A stretch of 64,000 nt of DNA. Origin: a bacterium (GTDB lineage Bacteria; Zhuqueibacterota; Zhuqueibacteria; Residuimicrobiales; Krinioviventaceae). The notes below the pieces were generated by a model. It was not told the origin of the DNA and did no database searches. It saw only the letters and a program-made list of their open reading frames with translations. Position 1 is the stretch's first letter. Every line of letters starts with the position of its first letter. The translations under genes and the position numbers were made by a program. The stretch spans positions 2,912,001 through 2,976,000 of the forward strand of contig CAXXMD010000003.1 of assembly GCA_963675755.2 (NCBI GenBank), given 5' to 3'. Positions 41,074 through 51,149 of the stretch are shown piece by piece.

Positions 41074-43230
41074 ATGTCTGTATTTAACTTGATACATCTT
41101 TTGGGATTTGGATTCGGTGCAACGCTCACCATCATCATTATTGTACTGACGATGCAAAAAACACCAAAGTTCTATGATGATTATTTGCTGGGTATAGTAT
41201 TAAGTATGTGCTTGTTGTGGCTTGGTGGTAATTTTATCGCACTTTTGGGTGGATTTTTATTCGGTAGTGTATTGATGGTAGAGATAAATGCTCTGCTTTT
41301 GATTTCGTATCTGGGTTTATTATGTATACCGTCTGCATTGATACATGGATTAACCGGTATACTGCTTCGGGTAAAAGACAATTTACCTTCTTTTTCCAAA
41401 TTATACCAGGTGATCTTTGTTCTGGTTGTGTATGCACCCGTTGTGGTATTTATTGTACTGGCACTTCAATTTTATCTGAATCCTTATCTGAGGCTGCAGC
41501 TTGATGATGTATTAAGGGTTCCGTTTTACTTGTGGGTCTTATTTTCGTTGGTAATTGCAGTTATAATATGTGAAAATCTTGCACGTAGTCATCCTATAAA
41601 ATCTGACCGATATTTTTACAGAGACCTTTCAATCTCTCTTGCCGCACTGGGAATTGGAATCATTGTTGTTTACATCATTCCTTCCTATCGTATTTCATAT
41701 GTTGGCAGATATTTAAATATGACCATGCGCATCTCTCCATCATATCCTCTCGCAATTATGGCATATTATGTTTACCGTTACAATTTTTATCGTTTGGTAA
41801 TCAAGCCCAGTCTTGTCTATTCTATTATTTATGGTACAGTGATGGCCATTTATTTGCTCGGAATCAGAAGATTGGGAGAATATTTAAAACAGTATCCTGA
41901 AGTGAATTCCGAATTCATTGAAGGCATTCTTTTAATTGCCCTTGTATTCGCGTTTCAGCCATTTCGGCAATTGATACAGAATCGCCTAGACAGGATTTTC
42001 TTTAGAGACCGGCATTTTTATCAACAGGTATTGCGCGAACTGTCTGATGCTATTATTGGTATTGTAGATCTTGAAAAACTGTTGACAACCATTAGTGACT
42101 CTTTGTCAAAAGCGTTTAAATCCAGGTCTATTACCATTGTTGTTTTTCAATACAAGGACAAAAAACCTGAAATATATAAAACCGTAGGGCATCAGGATTT
42201 TAACGACTTTTTCGGACTTGTACGTGCATTTATGTCCACACGGAAAATGCGTCTCAGACAACAAATTAAGGATATGCGGGTTGTCAGAGAATTAGAAGTA
42301 AACAATCTTGAACTGGCTGTACCGGTTTTTTATCAAAAAGAGATTATGGGAATGATATGTTTGGAGGAAAAACAAACAGGCATACCCTATTCTGAAAATG
42401 AAATAGATATGCTGCAAACTTTTGCAAATCAGATAGGACTTGCAGTAGAAAATGCCCGGCTGGTGCAGGAACGGTTAAACCTTGAAGCCAGGGTATATCA
42501 GGCAGAAAAATTAAATTCATTGGGACAGTTGGCAACTACCATGTCGCATGAAATTAAAAATCCATTATCTTCAATAAACAGCATCATTCAGGTGCTTCAC
42601 GAAAGTGCACAAGGTGAGGAGCAAAAAGATCTTGAAATTGTTTTGAACGAGATACAGCGGTTAAACAATATTTTGAAAAAATTATTAACATTTTCAAAAC
42701 CAACTGACGGTACATTAGACAGGGTTTCTTTGCGAGAAATGGTACAGGATGTTATTTCTTTATTGAAATTTCAAGCGAATAAATACAATATTTCAATCAA
42801 AGTAAACGATTTCCCTGATCATGCTTTTATATATGCCAATAATCAGTCTGTCCGTGAAGTTATATTTAATCTGGTATTAAACGCTATGCAGTCCATTGAT
42901 AATGAGGGGCATATTGAATTGGAACTGGAAGCGTTGGAAAACGTAAAACCGTTGAGAAAAATCTCCAAACGAGTTGATATATCTGATGTTAAAAAATGGT
43001 ATTGTTTGACAGTTTTGGATGATGGCCCCGGAATAACCAAAGCAAATTTACGACACATTTTTGATCCTTTTTTTACAACCAAAAGTTCTGGAAGTGGATT
43101 AGGACTTTCCATTGTTAAAAAGAATGTAGAAGATTTTGGTGGATTTATACAGGTGAAAAGTCAGATGAAAAAAGGAACGGCATTTTGTGTCTATTTCCCC
43201 GTACATGAACAAGAGTTGCAAAATGGATGA
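41074..43230 (+). CDS. Multi-TM GAF-domain sensor histidine kinase (PrsK-like architecture)
   Basis: About 8-9 TM segments, GAF-like region ending ANQIGLAVENARL, SHEIKNPL, DDGPG, GSGLGL. Confidence 0.9.
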   Translation: MSVFNLIHLLGFGFGATLTIIIIVLTMQKTPKFYDDYLLGIVLSMCLLWLGGNFIALLGGFLFGSVLMVEINALLLISYLGLLCIPSALIHGLTGILLRVKDNLPSFSKLYQVIFVLVVYAPVVVFIVLALQFYLNPYLRLQLDDVLRVPFYLWVLFSLVIAVIICENLARSHPIKSDRYFYRDLSISLAALGIGIIVVYIIPSYRISYVGRYLNMTMRISPSYPLAIMAYYVYRYNFYRLVIKPSLVYSIIYGTVMAIYLLGIRRLGEYLKQYPEVNSEFIEGILLIALVFAFQPFRQLIQNRLDRIFFRDRHFYQQVLRELSDAIIGIVDLEKLLTTISDSLSKAFKSRSITIVVFQYKDKKPEIYKTVGHQDFNDFFGLVRAFMSTRKMRLRQQIKDMRVVRELEVNNLELAVPVFYQKEIMGMICLEEKQTGIPYSENEIDMLQTFANQIGLAVENARLVQERLNLEARVYQAEKLNSLGQLATTMSHEIKNPLSSINSIIQVLHESAQGEEQKDLEIVLNEIQRLNNILKKLLTFSKPTDGTLDRVSLREMVQDVISLLKFQANKYNISIKVNDFPDHAFIYANNQSVREVIFNLVLNAMQSIDNEGHIELELEALENVKPLRKISKRVDISDVKKWYCLTVLDDGPGITKANLRHIFDPFFTTKSSGSGLGLSIVKKNVEDFGGFIQVKSQMKKGTAFCVYFPVHEQELQNG

Positions 43231-44629
43231 TAAATTGATAGAAAAAATTTTAATTGTAGACGATGAACCCACAGCACGCTATGGAATTCGTAAAGCTCTG
43301 GCAAAAGCGGGTTATGAACTGAGTGAAGCAGGTAATGGCAAAGAGGCACTGGAAAGCATTAAGGAGAATCTGCCGGATGTGGTTCTGAGTGATATATACA
43401 TGCCGGAAATGGATGGCCTTGAATTGTTACGGACAGTACAAAAACTAGAGTTTGAAGAAGATAAAAGACCTTTGATAATCATGCTAACAGCGTTTGGTTC
43501 TGAGAAACTGGCTGTTGAAGCTATGAAATCCGGAGCTTATAATTATCTGTCCAAGCCATTCAATATTGACGAACTGCGTTTAACCATTGAAAAAGCTCTT
43601 GATAAAATCCGGCTGGGCCGGGAAAATGTTTTATTGAAAAAACAACTGGACCAGCACAAGAAAACCGCAATTGTGGGCAAGAGTCCGCAGATATCTAATA
43701 TCATAAAACTGGTAGACAAAGTTGCCCCAACTGATGTCACCGTGTTGTTGACAGGAGAGAGCGGCACGGGAAAAGAACTTGCAGCCAGAACCATTCACAA
43801 TACCAGTCTTAGGCACGACGGTCCCTTTGTTACTATGAATTGTGCCGCTATTCCCAAAGATCTTGTGGAAAGTGAATTGTTCGGACATGAAAAGGGTGCG
43901 TTTACAGGTGCTTCTAATCAACGTGAAGGTAAATTCGAAATAGCAAATAATGGTACTTTATTTCTTGATGAAGTCGCAGATATGAGTCTGGAAACCCAGG
44001 CTAAAATATTACGAATTCTTGAGGAAAAATCTTTTTCCAGATTAGGCGGGAAAAAGATCATCCATACGGATGTCAGGCTCATTAGTGCAACCAATAAGGA
44101 CTTGCAAACAGAGATAGCAGCCGGTCGGTTTCGGGAAGATCTTTTTTACCGGATAAAAGTTGTCGAGATCCAGTTACCTCCATTAATTCAGCGAACAGGT
44201 GATATTGCACTGCTTGCGGATCATTTTGTAAAGTTGTATGCGGTTAAACATAATAAAGATGTTTCCGTTATTGATACAAAAGCTATGCAGATGCTATTAA
44301 ATTACAATTGGCCGGGAAATGTAAGACAATTGATGCACGTCATTGAACAAAGTATTGTTCTCTCTGAAGGTAAAGTTTTATTGCCCGATGTTTTACCTCC
44401 CGAGCTTTATATTGACAATACATTAAATGTTTTAAAACTTGATGGAAACGAGTCTTTTTCAGAAGCCAAAGAACGGTTTGTTCAGCAGTTTGAAAAAGAT
44501 ATCATTCAAAAAGCATTGGTCAAAGCCAATGGGAATGTAAGCCAGGCGGCCAGAGAATTGAAAATGAAGAGGCAGTTTTTACAACAAAAGATAAAAAGTC
44601 TGGATTTGAACGTGCAGGATTATAAATAA
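43223..44629 (+). CDS. Sigma54-dependent response regulator (NtrC family)
   Basis: ILIVDDE receiver, GESGTGKE, GAFTGA, FLDE, Fis-type HTH. Confidence 0.95.
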   Translation: MDDKLIEKILIVDDEPTARYGIRKALAKAGYELSEAGNGKEALESIKENLPDVVLSDIYMPEMDGLELLRTVQKLEFEEDKRPLIIMLTAFGSEKLAVEAMKSGAYNYLSKPFNIDELRLTIEKALDKIRLGRENVLLKKQLDQHKKTAIVGKSPQISNIIKLVDKVAPTDVTVLLTGESGTGKELAARTIHNTSLRHDGPFVTMNCAAIPKDLVESELFGHEKGAFTGASNQREGKFEIANNGTLFLDEVADMSLETQAKILRILEEKSFSRLGGKKIIHTDVRLISATNKDLQTEIAAGRFREDLFYRIKVVEIQLPPLIQRTGDIALLADHFVKLYAVKHNKDVSVIDTKAMQMLLNYNWPGNVRQLMHVIEQSIVLSEGKVLLPDVLPPELYIDNTLNVLKLDGNESFSEAKERFVQQFEKDIIQKALVKANGNVSQAARELKMKRQFLQQKIKSLDLNVQDYK

Positions 44630-44660
44630 AAAAACCCGCTATTAAGCGGGTTTTTTTATT
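44625..44660. terminator. Bidirectional intrinsic terminator between convergent genes
   Basis: AATAAAAAAACCCGCT-ATTA-AGCGGGTTTTTTTATT perfect inverted repeat. Confidence 0.88.
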
Positions 44661-44665
44661 ATATA

Positions 44666-46048
44666 CTAATTAACCCTGTTGAAAACAAAGGGCAAGTTAA
44701 CTGTTATAGAGCCTTCCCTGATGGGCGGGAACTTTAATCGTCTTACAATATTCATCAACTCTCTTACAAAATCCTGATTATCAATTGATGATTCCAGAAT
44801 TTGAATGTTGGAAACACTACCATTGGCTTCAATGGTTACATCAAAACTCACTTTACCTCTCAAATCAGGATTGGTGCGCAGGTACTTGTTATATGTATAC
44901 ATAACACGACCCTGTTGAGAATTAATGATTGACATAACAGATTCGGATGTTCTTTGCGCTCTTGCTTCCTGAGAACCTCTCATGCGTTGGGGCTGCTGAA
45001 TGTTGACTTTGCCCTGTTTTTTCAGGTCAACGGTTTCAACGCCTTCCACTTCAGAGAGCAGATCATCAACACCGCCAGAAAGTCCAAAAGCCATCAGTTC
45101 ATCAATTCCGTCACCGTCTCCGGTACCACCGCCATCTCCGGTTCCATTGCCTTTACCTATTTTATTGCTCTTGGTCAAAGGTTTGCTACCAATGAGCTGA
45201 TCAAGTTCCTGAACAAAACCCTGTTCAATGAGAAAATCAGCCGCAGAACTTGAACTGCCGGAACTACCCGTACCGCCAATAAGTCCCAACAGACCTTGTG
45301 CGTTAACCGGTTTGGGAGCGGGTTTGTCTGATCCGCCACTGCCGCCTGGTTTGGGTTGTTCCTGCTGAGATTCCTGTTCCTGCGTTGTTTCTTCTTCAGC
45401 TTCACCTTCTCCGGAGCTTGTTGTTGCAACCATTTCGGTTTCTGGTGGCTGAGTTGGTTTCTTGATCATGAATCTTGCAAATCGTTCCGGAACCGTGGTT
45501 ACATCGGGTGGTTCCTCTGGTGGAAGTTCATATCCTTTTAGCGAAAAACCAATTATAATTTCAATACTGAAAAGGATAAGGAACAAAGATTTATATAATA
45601 AATCTTTGGTAAAAGTTTTGCCAATTGCCTTGTTCCAGGTGTAAAGAGGAAGCCCTTTAAGGGTTTCCGGCTGGTGGCCATTATAATTAAAAAAGATATC
45701 TGTATCTGATATTCTGAGAGAACCTGATCTGCCGTGTGTAAATTCTAAATTGTAAAAATTACCTTTTTGTGGTAAAAGGTTGTGTACAAACAGATCATTA
45801 AAAGTAACTTTGGAGCCTTTGAATTCAATTTCACCAGTCATTGCAGGTGAAATTTTCATACTGCAAGTGTTTTTCTTACATTCAATCAGAACATGCTTTT
45901 TGGGATAGGCATCGTCATATACAATAATATCATTATCCGGACTACGACCAATTGTAAGCTTGTCTTTTGGCCCAAAATAACGCTGAGTAACGCGACCACC
46001 CTGAACAATTTTGGCTTCTAATATAGAACTATTTCGTTTTATTGTCAT
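44666..46048 (-). CDS. GltG/PglI(AgmX)-like protein: FHA domain, TM, Gly/Pro-rich linker, TonB-C-like domain
   Basis: LTIGRSPDNDI (FHA), single TM, GLLGLIGG linker, YTYNKYLRTNPDLRGKV..FP..LPFVF. Confidence 0.75.
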   Translation of the reverse strand: MTIKRNSSILEAKIVQGGRVTQRYFGPKDKLTIGRSPDNDIIVYDDAYPKKHVLIECKKNTCSMKISPAMTGEIEFKGSKVTFNDLFVHNLLPQKGNFYNLEFTHGRSGSLRISDTDIFFNYNGHQPETLKGLPLYTWNKAIGKTFTKDLLYKSLFLILFSIEIIIGFSLKGYELPPEEPPDVTTVPERFARFMIKKPTQPPETEMVATTSSGEGEAEEETTQEQESQQEQPKPGGSGGSDKPAPKPVNAQGLLGLIGGTGSSGSSSSAADFLIEQGFVQELDQLIGSKPLTKSNKIGKGNGTGDGGGTGDGDGIDELMAFGLSGGVDDLLSEVEGVETVDLKKQGKVNIQQPQRMRGSQEARAQRTSESVMSIINSQQGRVMYTYNKYLRTNPDLRGKVSFDVTIEANGSVSNIQILESSIDNQDFVRELMNIVRRLKFPPIREGSITVNLPFVFNRVN

Positions 46049-46096
46049 GTATAATATCTATTTTATTTATATCGGGTTTCAACGAATTTGGGTTTA

Positions 46097-46609
46097 CTAT
46101 TCTATTTGGTTCACAGCAAGCAGCATATTGTTGTAACCAACACTACCGCAAGTCAACATAATACGTTTGACCAGTTCAAATGTAAGATCACGGTCACCCT
46201 GGATCGTAATATTACCTGTAAAACCGCCCTGGTCAGAAATTGAACCTATACCTTCAGAAATTGTACGAAGTTTGGTCAATTCATCTTTTAGGGGATTGAT
46301 GACGAGTAATTCATCATTCATGATATTTTCAAGTTTTTCTATTGGGCGTCCATCAACCAGTATCCATTCCTGCGTAATTGCTATAACGGATGTGACTTTG
46401 GGTTGCATTTGTGATGTAGATTCAGGCAATTTCAGATCTTTGGTAACGGTCATGATCTGACCTTCTGCACTGTAGCTCTTTAATAAAAACACCAATAGAA
46501 TGGTAAACATGTCTATCATTGAAGTCAATTTCAAATTGAATGTACCACGCTTGGTCCGTTTAGTACCGGTTGCAAGCAATGGTATTGTTTCATGTTCTTC
46601 TATCTTCAT
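46097..46609 (-). CDS. ExbD/TolR-family protein, AglS-like
   Basis: LTSMIDMFTILLVFLLKSYS, LKLPES, IQGD. Confidence 0.85.
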   Translation of the reverse strand: MKIEEHETIPLLATGTKRTKRGTFNLKLTSMIDMFTILLVFLLKSYSAEGQIMTVTKDLKLPESTSQMQPKVTSVIAITQEWILVDGRPIEKLENIMNDELLVINPLKDELTKLRTISEGIGSISDQGGFTGNITIQGDRDLTFELVKRIMLTCGSVGYNNMLLAVNQIE

Positions 46610-46625
46610 GGTTTTATTCTCTTTC

Positions 46626-47093
46626 TTAGCCGGAAATAGAAATATTGGGAAAACCGGATTCCCTGCATCTGTCCATTACCTGAATAATTATGTGATACAG
46701 GATTGCGTCTTCTGGCGAAATTAATATATCTTCAGAATCCGGGTATTTTTCTTTTATTTGGTTCAACTGTGTGGTTAAACCCTGCCAGTTGAAATCATTA
46801 TCAGTTTTGTCTAATTTTTTAAGATTAAGATCAGGACTGTTGAGTTCAAAACCGGTCTCACTGATCTTTAATATGTTTAAAACCGTACTTTTGGGTTTTT
46901 CTGCTGTTGCAGTCTGACCGGGTTTGTCTAAACTCGGCAAAGACAATTCCATAACGGCAATACGAACAAATACTGCCGTTAACAGCATGAACGGAATCAG
47001 TATCAAAAAGATGTTCATTACAGCCGTCAGGTTTAATTCTGTTTCTTCTGCGTGTCCTTTAAGACGACTGCCCATGGATTGTTTTAAATTCAT
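46626..47093 (-). CDS. ExbD/TolR-family protein, AglQ-like
   Basis: ELNLTAVMNIFLILIPFMLLTAVF, YHIIIQVMD, FPNISIS. Confidence 0.85.
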   Translation of the reverse strand: MNLKQSMGSRLKGHAEETELNLTAVMNIFLILIPFMLLTAVFVRIAVMELSLPSLDKPGQTATAEKPKSTVLNILKISETGFELNSPDLNLKKLDKTDNDFNWQGLTTQLNQIKEKYPDSEDILISPEDAILYHIIIQVMDRCRESGFPNISISG

Positions 47094-47096
47094 ATA

Positions 47097-47717
47097 TTAT
47101 TTCTCCGTTGTCATGAACCTGAACAAACGGGCAACATTTTCATTTATTTCATCGATTAATTCATTGGTTTTTTCCTGAAGATAGGTAAAGCCAATCAAAC
47201 AGGGGATAGCTGAAATAATACCAAAAGCTGTGGTATTCATCGCAATAGCAATACCGGATGTAAGCAATGCGGCTTTGTCTGCTGCATCAGCGTGAGCAAC
47301 CGCGGCAAACGCACTGATTAAACCAAAAATTGTTCCCAACAAACCCAACAGTGTGGAAACGTTTGCAATCATTGCTAAATAGTGGGTACGTTTTTCTAAT
47401 TTGGGTATTTCTACCATTGCTGCAAGTTCCATTGCGTTCTGAATGCTTTTGGGAGAGTTGTTGATTTCATTCAAACCAGCTTTTGCAATGTTTGGAAGTG
47501 CTGCATTAGAGATATTGCAATATTCTATAGCCCGGCTAACATTACCGCTTTTAATCAGTTCTGCAATTTTATTTACAAACAATTCTGAATCGATACGATT
47601 TTTGAATTGTATAAAAATTACACGTTCAATAATGGTAACCAGCCCGAGAAGCAGCGCGAACAAGATTACAAACATAACCGGTCCACCACCCATAAAAAAT
47701 CTAATAATACTGTCCAA
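47097..47717 (-). CDS. MotA/TolQ/ExbB proton-channel protein, AglR-like
   Basis: IIER, ANVSTLLGLLGTIFGLI, GIAIAMNTTAFG; TTG start after AAGGAGG. Confidence 0.92.
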   Translation of the reverse strand: MDSIIRFFMGGGPVMFVILFALLLGLVTIIERVIFIQFKNRIDSELFVNKIAELIKSGNVSRAIEYCNISNAALPNIAKAGLNEINNSPKSIQNAMELAAMVEIPKLEKRTHYLAMIANVSTLLGLLGTIFGLISAFAAVAHADAADKAALLTSGIAIAMNTTAFGIISAIPCLIGFTYLQEKTNELIDEINENVARLFRFMTTEK

Positions 47718-47801
47718 GGAAACCTCCTTAATGTTATTTAGAAGCGAGAAAAATTATCTTGAATAATTTAACAAAAATAGAAAATAATTTCAAATTTATT
47801 A

Positions 47802-48185
47802 CTACCAGGGAATATAATCTTTTCTATCAACTGTAGGATCTGTTGTGATTTTTGTTTGTATACGTCCCCTTTTTTCCACCGGTCGAAAGATTTCTTTAAA
47901 AAATGAATGTTCAATTTGAATATCGGTCAATATCCGGAGTGGAACCTGGCAAAATAAACATGGCTTGCGGTTTTTCCAATTGACCAACGACTTCAATTTT
48001 ATCTATAAACAGTTTAACGTCCGAATCTTCAATTGTGGGGGCACTTTCGTTCATCATATTCTGAGCGTTTTGTGCCTGCAAAGTAGAATCATTAGCAAAT
48101 TCCTGCAGTAAACAATTCATTTGAATTTTTGTGCGAATAACAATACGGGAAGTATTATTAATGTAATTACATTATTGTATTTCAT
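47802..48185 (-). pseudogene. GltF/CglF-like small exported protein, frameshifted in this sequence (assembly error or pseudogene)
   Basis: Signal peptide from ATG 48185, then IDKIEVVGQLEKPQAMFILP and IEHSFFKEIFRPVE spread over three reading-frame segments. Confidence 0.55.
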
Positions 48186-48209
48186 AAACTTTTTTAAAAT
48201 TCTTCATGG

Positions 48210-51124
48210 TTAACCTGCTGTTTCCTGAGCTACATTTAATTCTTCACTGGGTTCGGCTTGAACTTTTTGAGTTTCTAATCCCTCTGTTAGAGATTCAATT
48301 CGTTTTTTACTTTCCGTAACCCAAATATTATCAATACTATTTGCTTCAGCTTGTTCAATATTTCTTCTGTATGTTTCTAGCGCCTGTGTTTTATAGGGTT
48401 CTGCTTTTTCCCGAAGCATATCAACATACATGGTAAGCTGTTCATCATTCAACTCTTCCGGTGGAGGAGACTCTACTCAAATGCTCTGAAAAACTCTTCA
48501 AAAGCCATGCCAATTTTATGAGTTGAGGCGGTGCTCCAGTCAGCTACCTGATACTCTAGTGCACTCTTGTATGCACCCAATACTTTTTGAAGGTTTTTAA
48601 CTTTTAGCTGTAAATTTGTTTTAAGCGGTGGAACCAGTTCAATTTTTTGAAACGGCGTGTAATAAATTTCACCTATCATAAACTGTGCTTGTGCAGCAAA
48701 ATAATTGTCTGCAAACTCACCACTTTTTGTTATGGCTTGAAAGTTTTCAATAGTCTTTTTAAAATATTCTTCTGCCGCAGTAAAATCTTTGACTTTATAG
48801 TTCATATCGCCAATTTTATACAGACATTCTAATAGTTCATCGCCAGGTTCTGGATATGTAGAAATATACCGTTCATAATATGATCTTGCGGAATACCAAT
48901 CTTCAAGTGTTTCATAATTATAAGCAGCATTTCGAATCGCATTTTTGTGATGTTCTGAATCAGAATAATTGTCTGCCAGCAGGATATAATCATTAGCTGC
49001 AAGCGTCCAGTTTTGGGTGCTTTCACGAATACCCGCAGCTTTGTAAAGCGCTTCATCAGCCATTTCAGATTCAGGGAACAGCTTGAAAAATTGTTCCAGG
49101 GCTAATGCTGCTTTATCCGGTTGTTCACCTTGTTGGAACTGGATAGCAGATTCGAATAGCGCTCTTTCCCGAAATTCAGGATTCGAAGAAGTCGTTACAA
49201 TGGATGCCAACAGGTTTGCCGCTTCAAGGGGTTTGCCTTCCTGGTTCAAGGCTTCAGCAATTTTAAAGTTGGATGAAGAAGCCATCATTTCCGCTTTTTG
49301 CAAGTACCGTGTTGAATCAGGAAAAGATTTTACAATATCATCGAACCAGATTTCTGCTTCATGATACAATTCTGCGTCATAGTAACATTGCCCTGCATTC
49401 ATAGCAGAAAGCAATCTGTATGGCCTCTTGTCACCCAGGTCAATGACTTTTTTATAAATTTCTATGGCGGGCAAATAGTATTTCAAAGAGTGCATGATCT
49501 CGCCATATTTCATATAAACCTGATCTAATAAATTGCTTTCAGGGAACATGAGCACAAAATCATTGCTCGAAATCAAAAGATTTTTCTCTACACCTGTATT
49601 GGTGTTAAATGTCAACGTATCCGGTGTATTCAAAAAGTTGGGTATATCTACAGAGCCGCCGGCAGCTGTAGAGTCGTCAAGTAATTGGTAATAACTTAGA
49701 ATTCTATTATAAGCGGCTTGTTCTTTGAATTCCGTTTTTGATAAGGAATCACGTTTTACAACGCTGTAATAAGATTCAGCAGCATTGTAATAATCGTTAA
49801 TTTCATAATAACATTCAGCAAGATAGTAGTTGATCTTGACTGCATCATCAGCAGTAGAGAATTTATCCAAGTATTCTTTGTATTTATCAATCGCAGTTTG
49901 AAAACTATTAATATCTGCCGATTGTTGAGCTTCAGCCTGATAAAAAGTACCCAAATAAACCAGTGATTTTTTTGTTATATCGAGACCGGTATTTTGTACG
50001 GTATCTGCCTGATTAGTTTGCCATTCACTGCCAGGACCTAGATACGTGACCAATTTCTCACGAGTTTTGTTTGCACCTTCTATATCCTCATCCAGTTCAT
50101 AACTTTCGATGATTTTTTGATAGATATTTGGCGCGTCACTATAGTATGGATATATATCAAGAAGCACGTTCAAGATTTCAATGGATTCTGTATAATAGTT
50201 TCGTTCGTGGTATAAGTCATAAATTTTTAAAAGAATGGGGAGTGTATAATCTTTATCTTTGTGATTGATCAGAAAATTATGTGCAGCAGATGGACCACCA
50301 AACTCGGTAAAACAGCTTGAAATATAATATATAGCTTCTGTCCTGAGATCAGCCTTGCTCTTTGTAAACACCTGGGTTTTTGCTTTTTCAATGAGAGAAA
50401 TATCTTCAATGAGGTAGAGGAAGGTACTGATAGCATCGGAATAATTGTTTAAATTATAATATGACCAGCCCAGTTTGTAAAGGCTCATATCAAAATAAGG
50501 ATTACTCCACTCATCCAGCAGTTCTTTGTAATGCGAAATAGCTGTTTTATAATCTCTTTGAGAAAAATAGTATTCACCAATTCTAAAGTGTGCTTCAAAG
50601 GCAATGGGTGATTCCGGATGATTGGCTACAATACTTTCGAAATAATCTTTGGCCCGAAGTTTATCACCCTGCTGGAAATAGGAAATTCCTAACTTGTATA
50701 ATACTTTGTCTTTAAACTTGGAAGCAGGAAAATCTGTTAAAAGCCTGTTACAGTATTCTATTGTCTTATTCATGTCCAATTTGGGCAAAGAAGGTTCGGT
50801 AGCAATTTCACCATTATCAAACCTTCCAAGATCCGTTTCGTATTGCTGCATTTGAAGCTGATAATTGATCTGAGATCTTTGTGTGTACAATTCGGCAAGC
50901 TGAAACATGATTGTTGACGCAAACGGACCTTGCGGGTATTTTTTTAACAAAGTCTCATGCTCAGAAATAATCGCATCCAGTTTACCAATATCTTCACCCG
51001 TATCCTGGATGATTGCATTTACATAGGCACTTTCCTGACCAATTACGGTGACTGACTGGCCAAGAAAGAGTAAACCCACTATGAATGCAACAAGGCAGTT
51101 TTTATATAAATTTGATTTTTTCAT
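48210..51124 (-). CDS. Large exported TPR protein, GltD/AgmU-like; frameshift near 48475 separates the last ~87 aa
   Basis: Signal peptide and many TPRs; ..WSTASTHKIGMAFEEF continues in another frame as ESPPPEELNDEQLTMYVDMLREKAEPY. Confidence 0.7.
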
Positions 51125-51149
51125 AATTTTTTTAACATTATTAATGATA

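Noticed and set aside
29811-44650. Shared CCCGCT/AGCGGG stems at 29811 and 44635 as a REP-like repeat family
   Set aside because: There are only two short copies, and both are explained as intrinsic terminators.
45090-45430. Gly/Ser/Glu-rich low-complexity stretch as a DNA repeat
   Set aside because: It is the flexible periplasmic linker of the GltG/TonB-like protein, with no nucleotide-level tandem periodicity.
48473-48475. TAG readthrough or pyrrolysine in the large TPR gene
   Set aside because: The downstream continuation is in a different frame, and the same frame hits TGA seven codons later. This is a frameshift, not readthrough.
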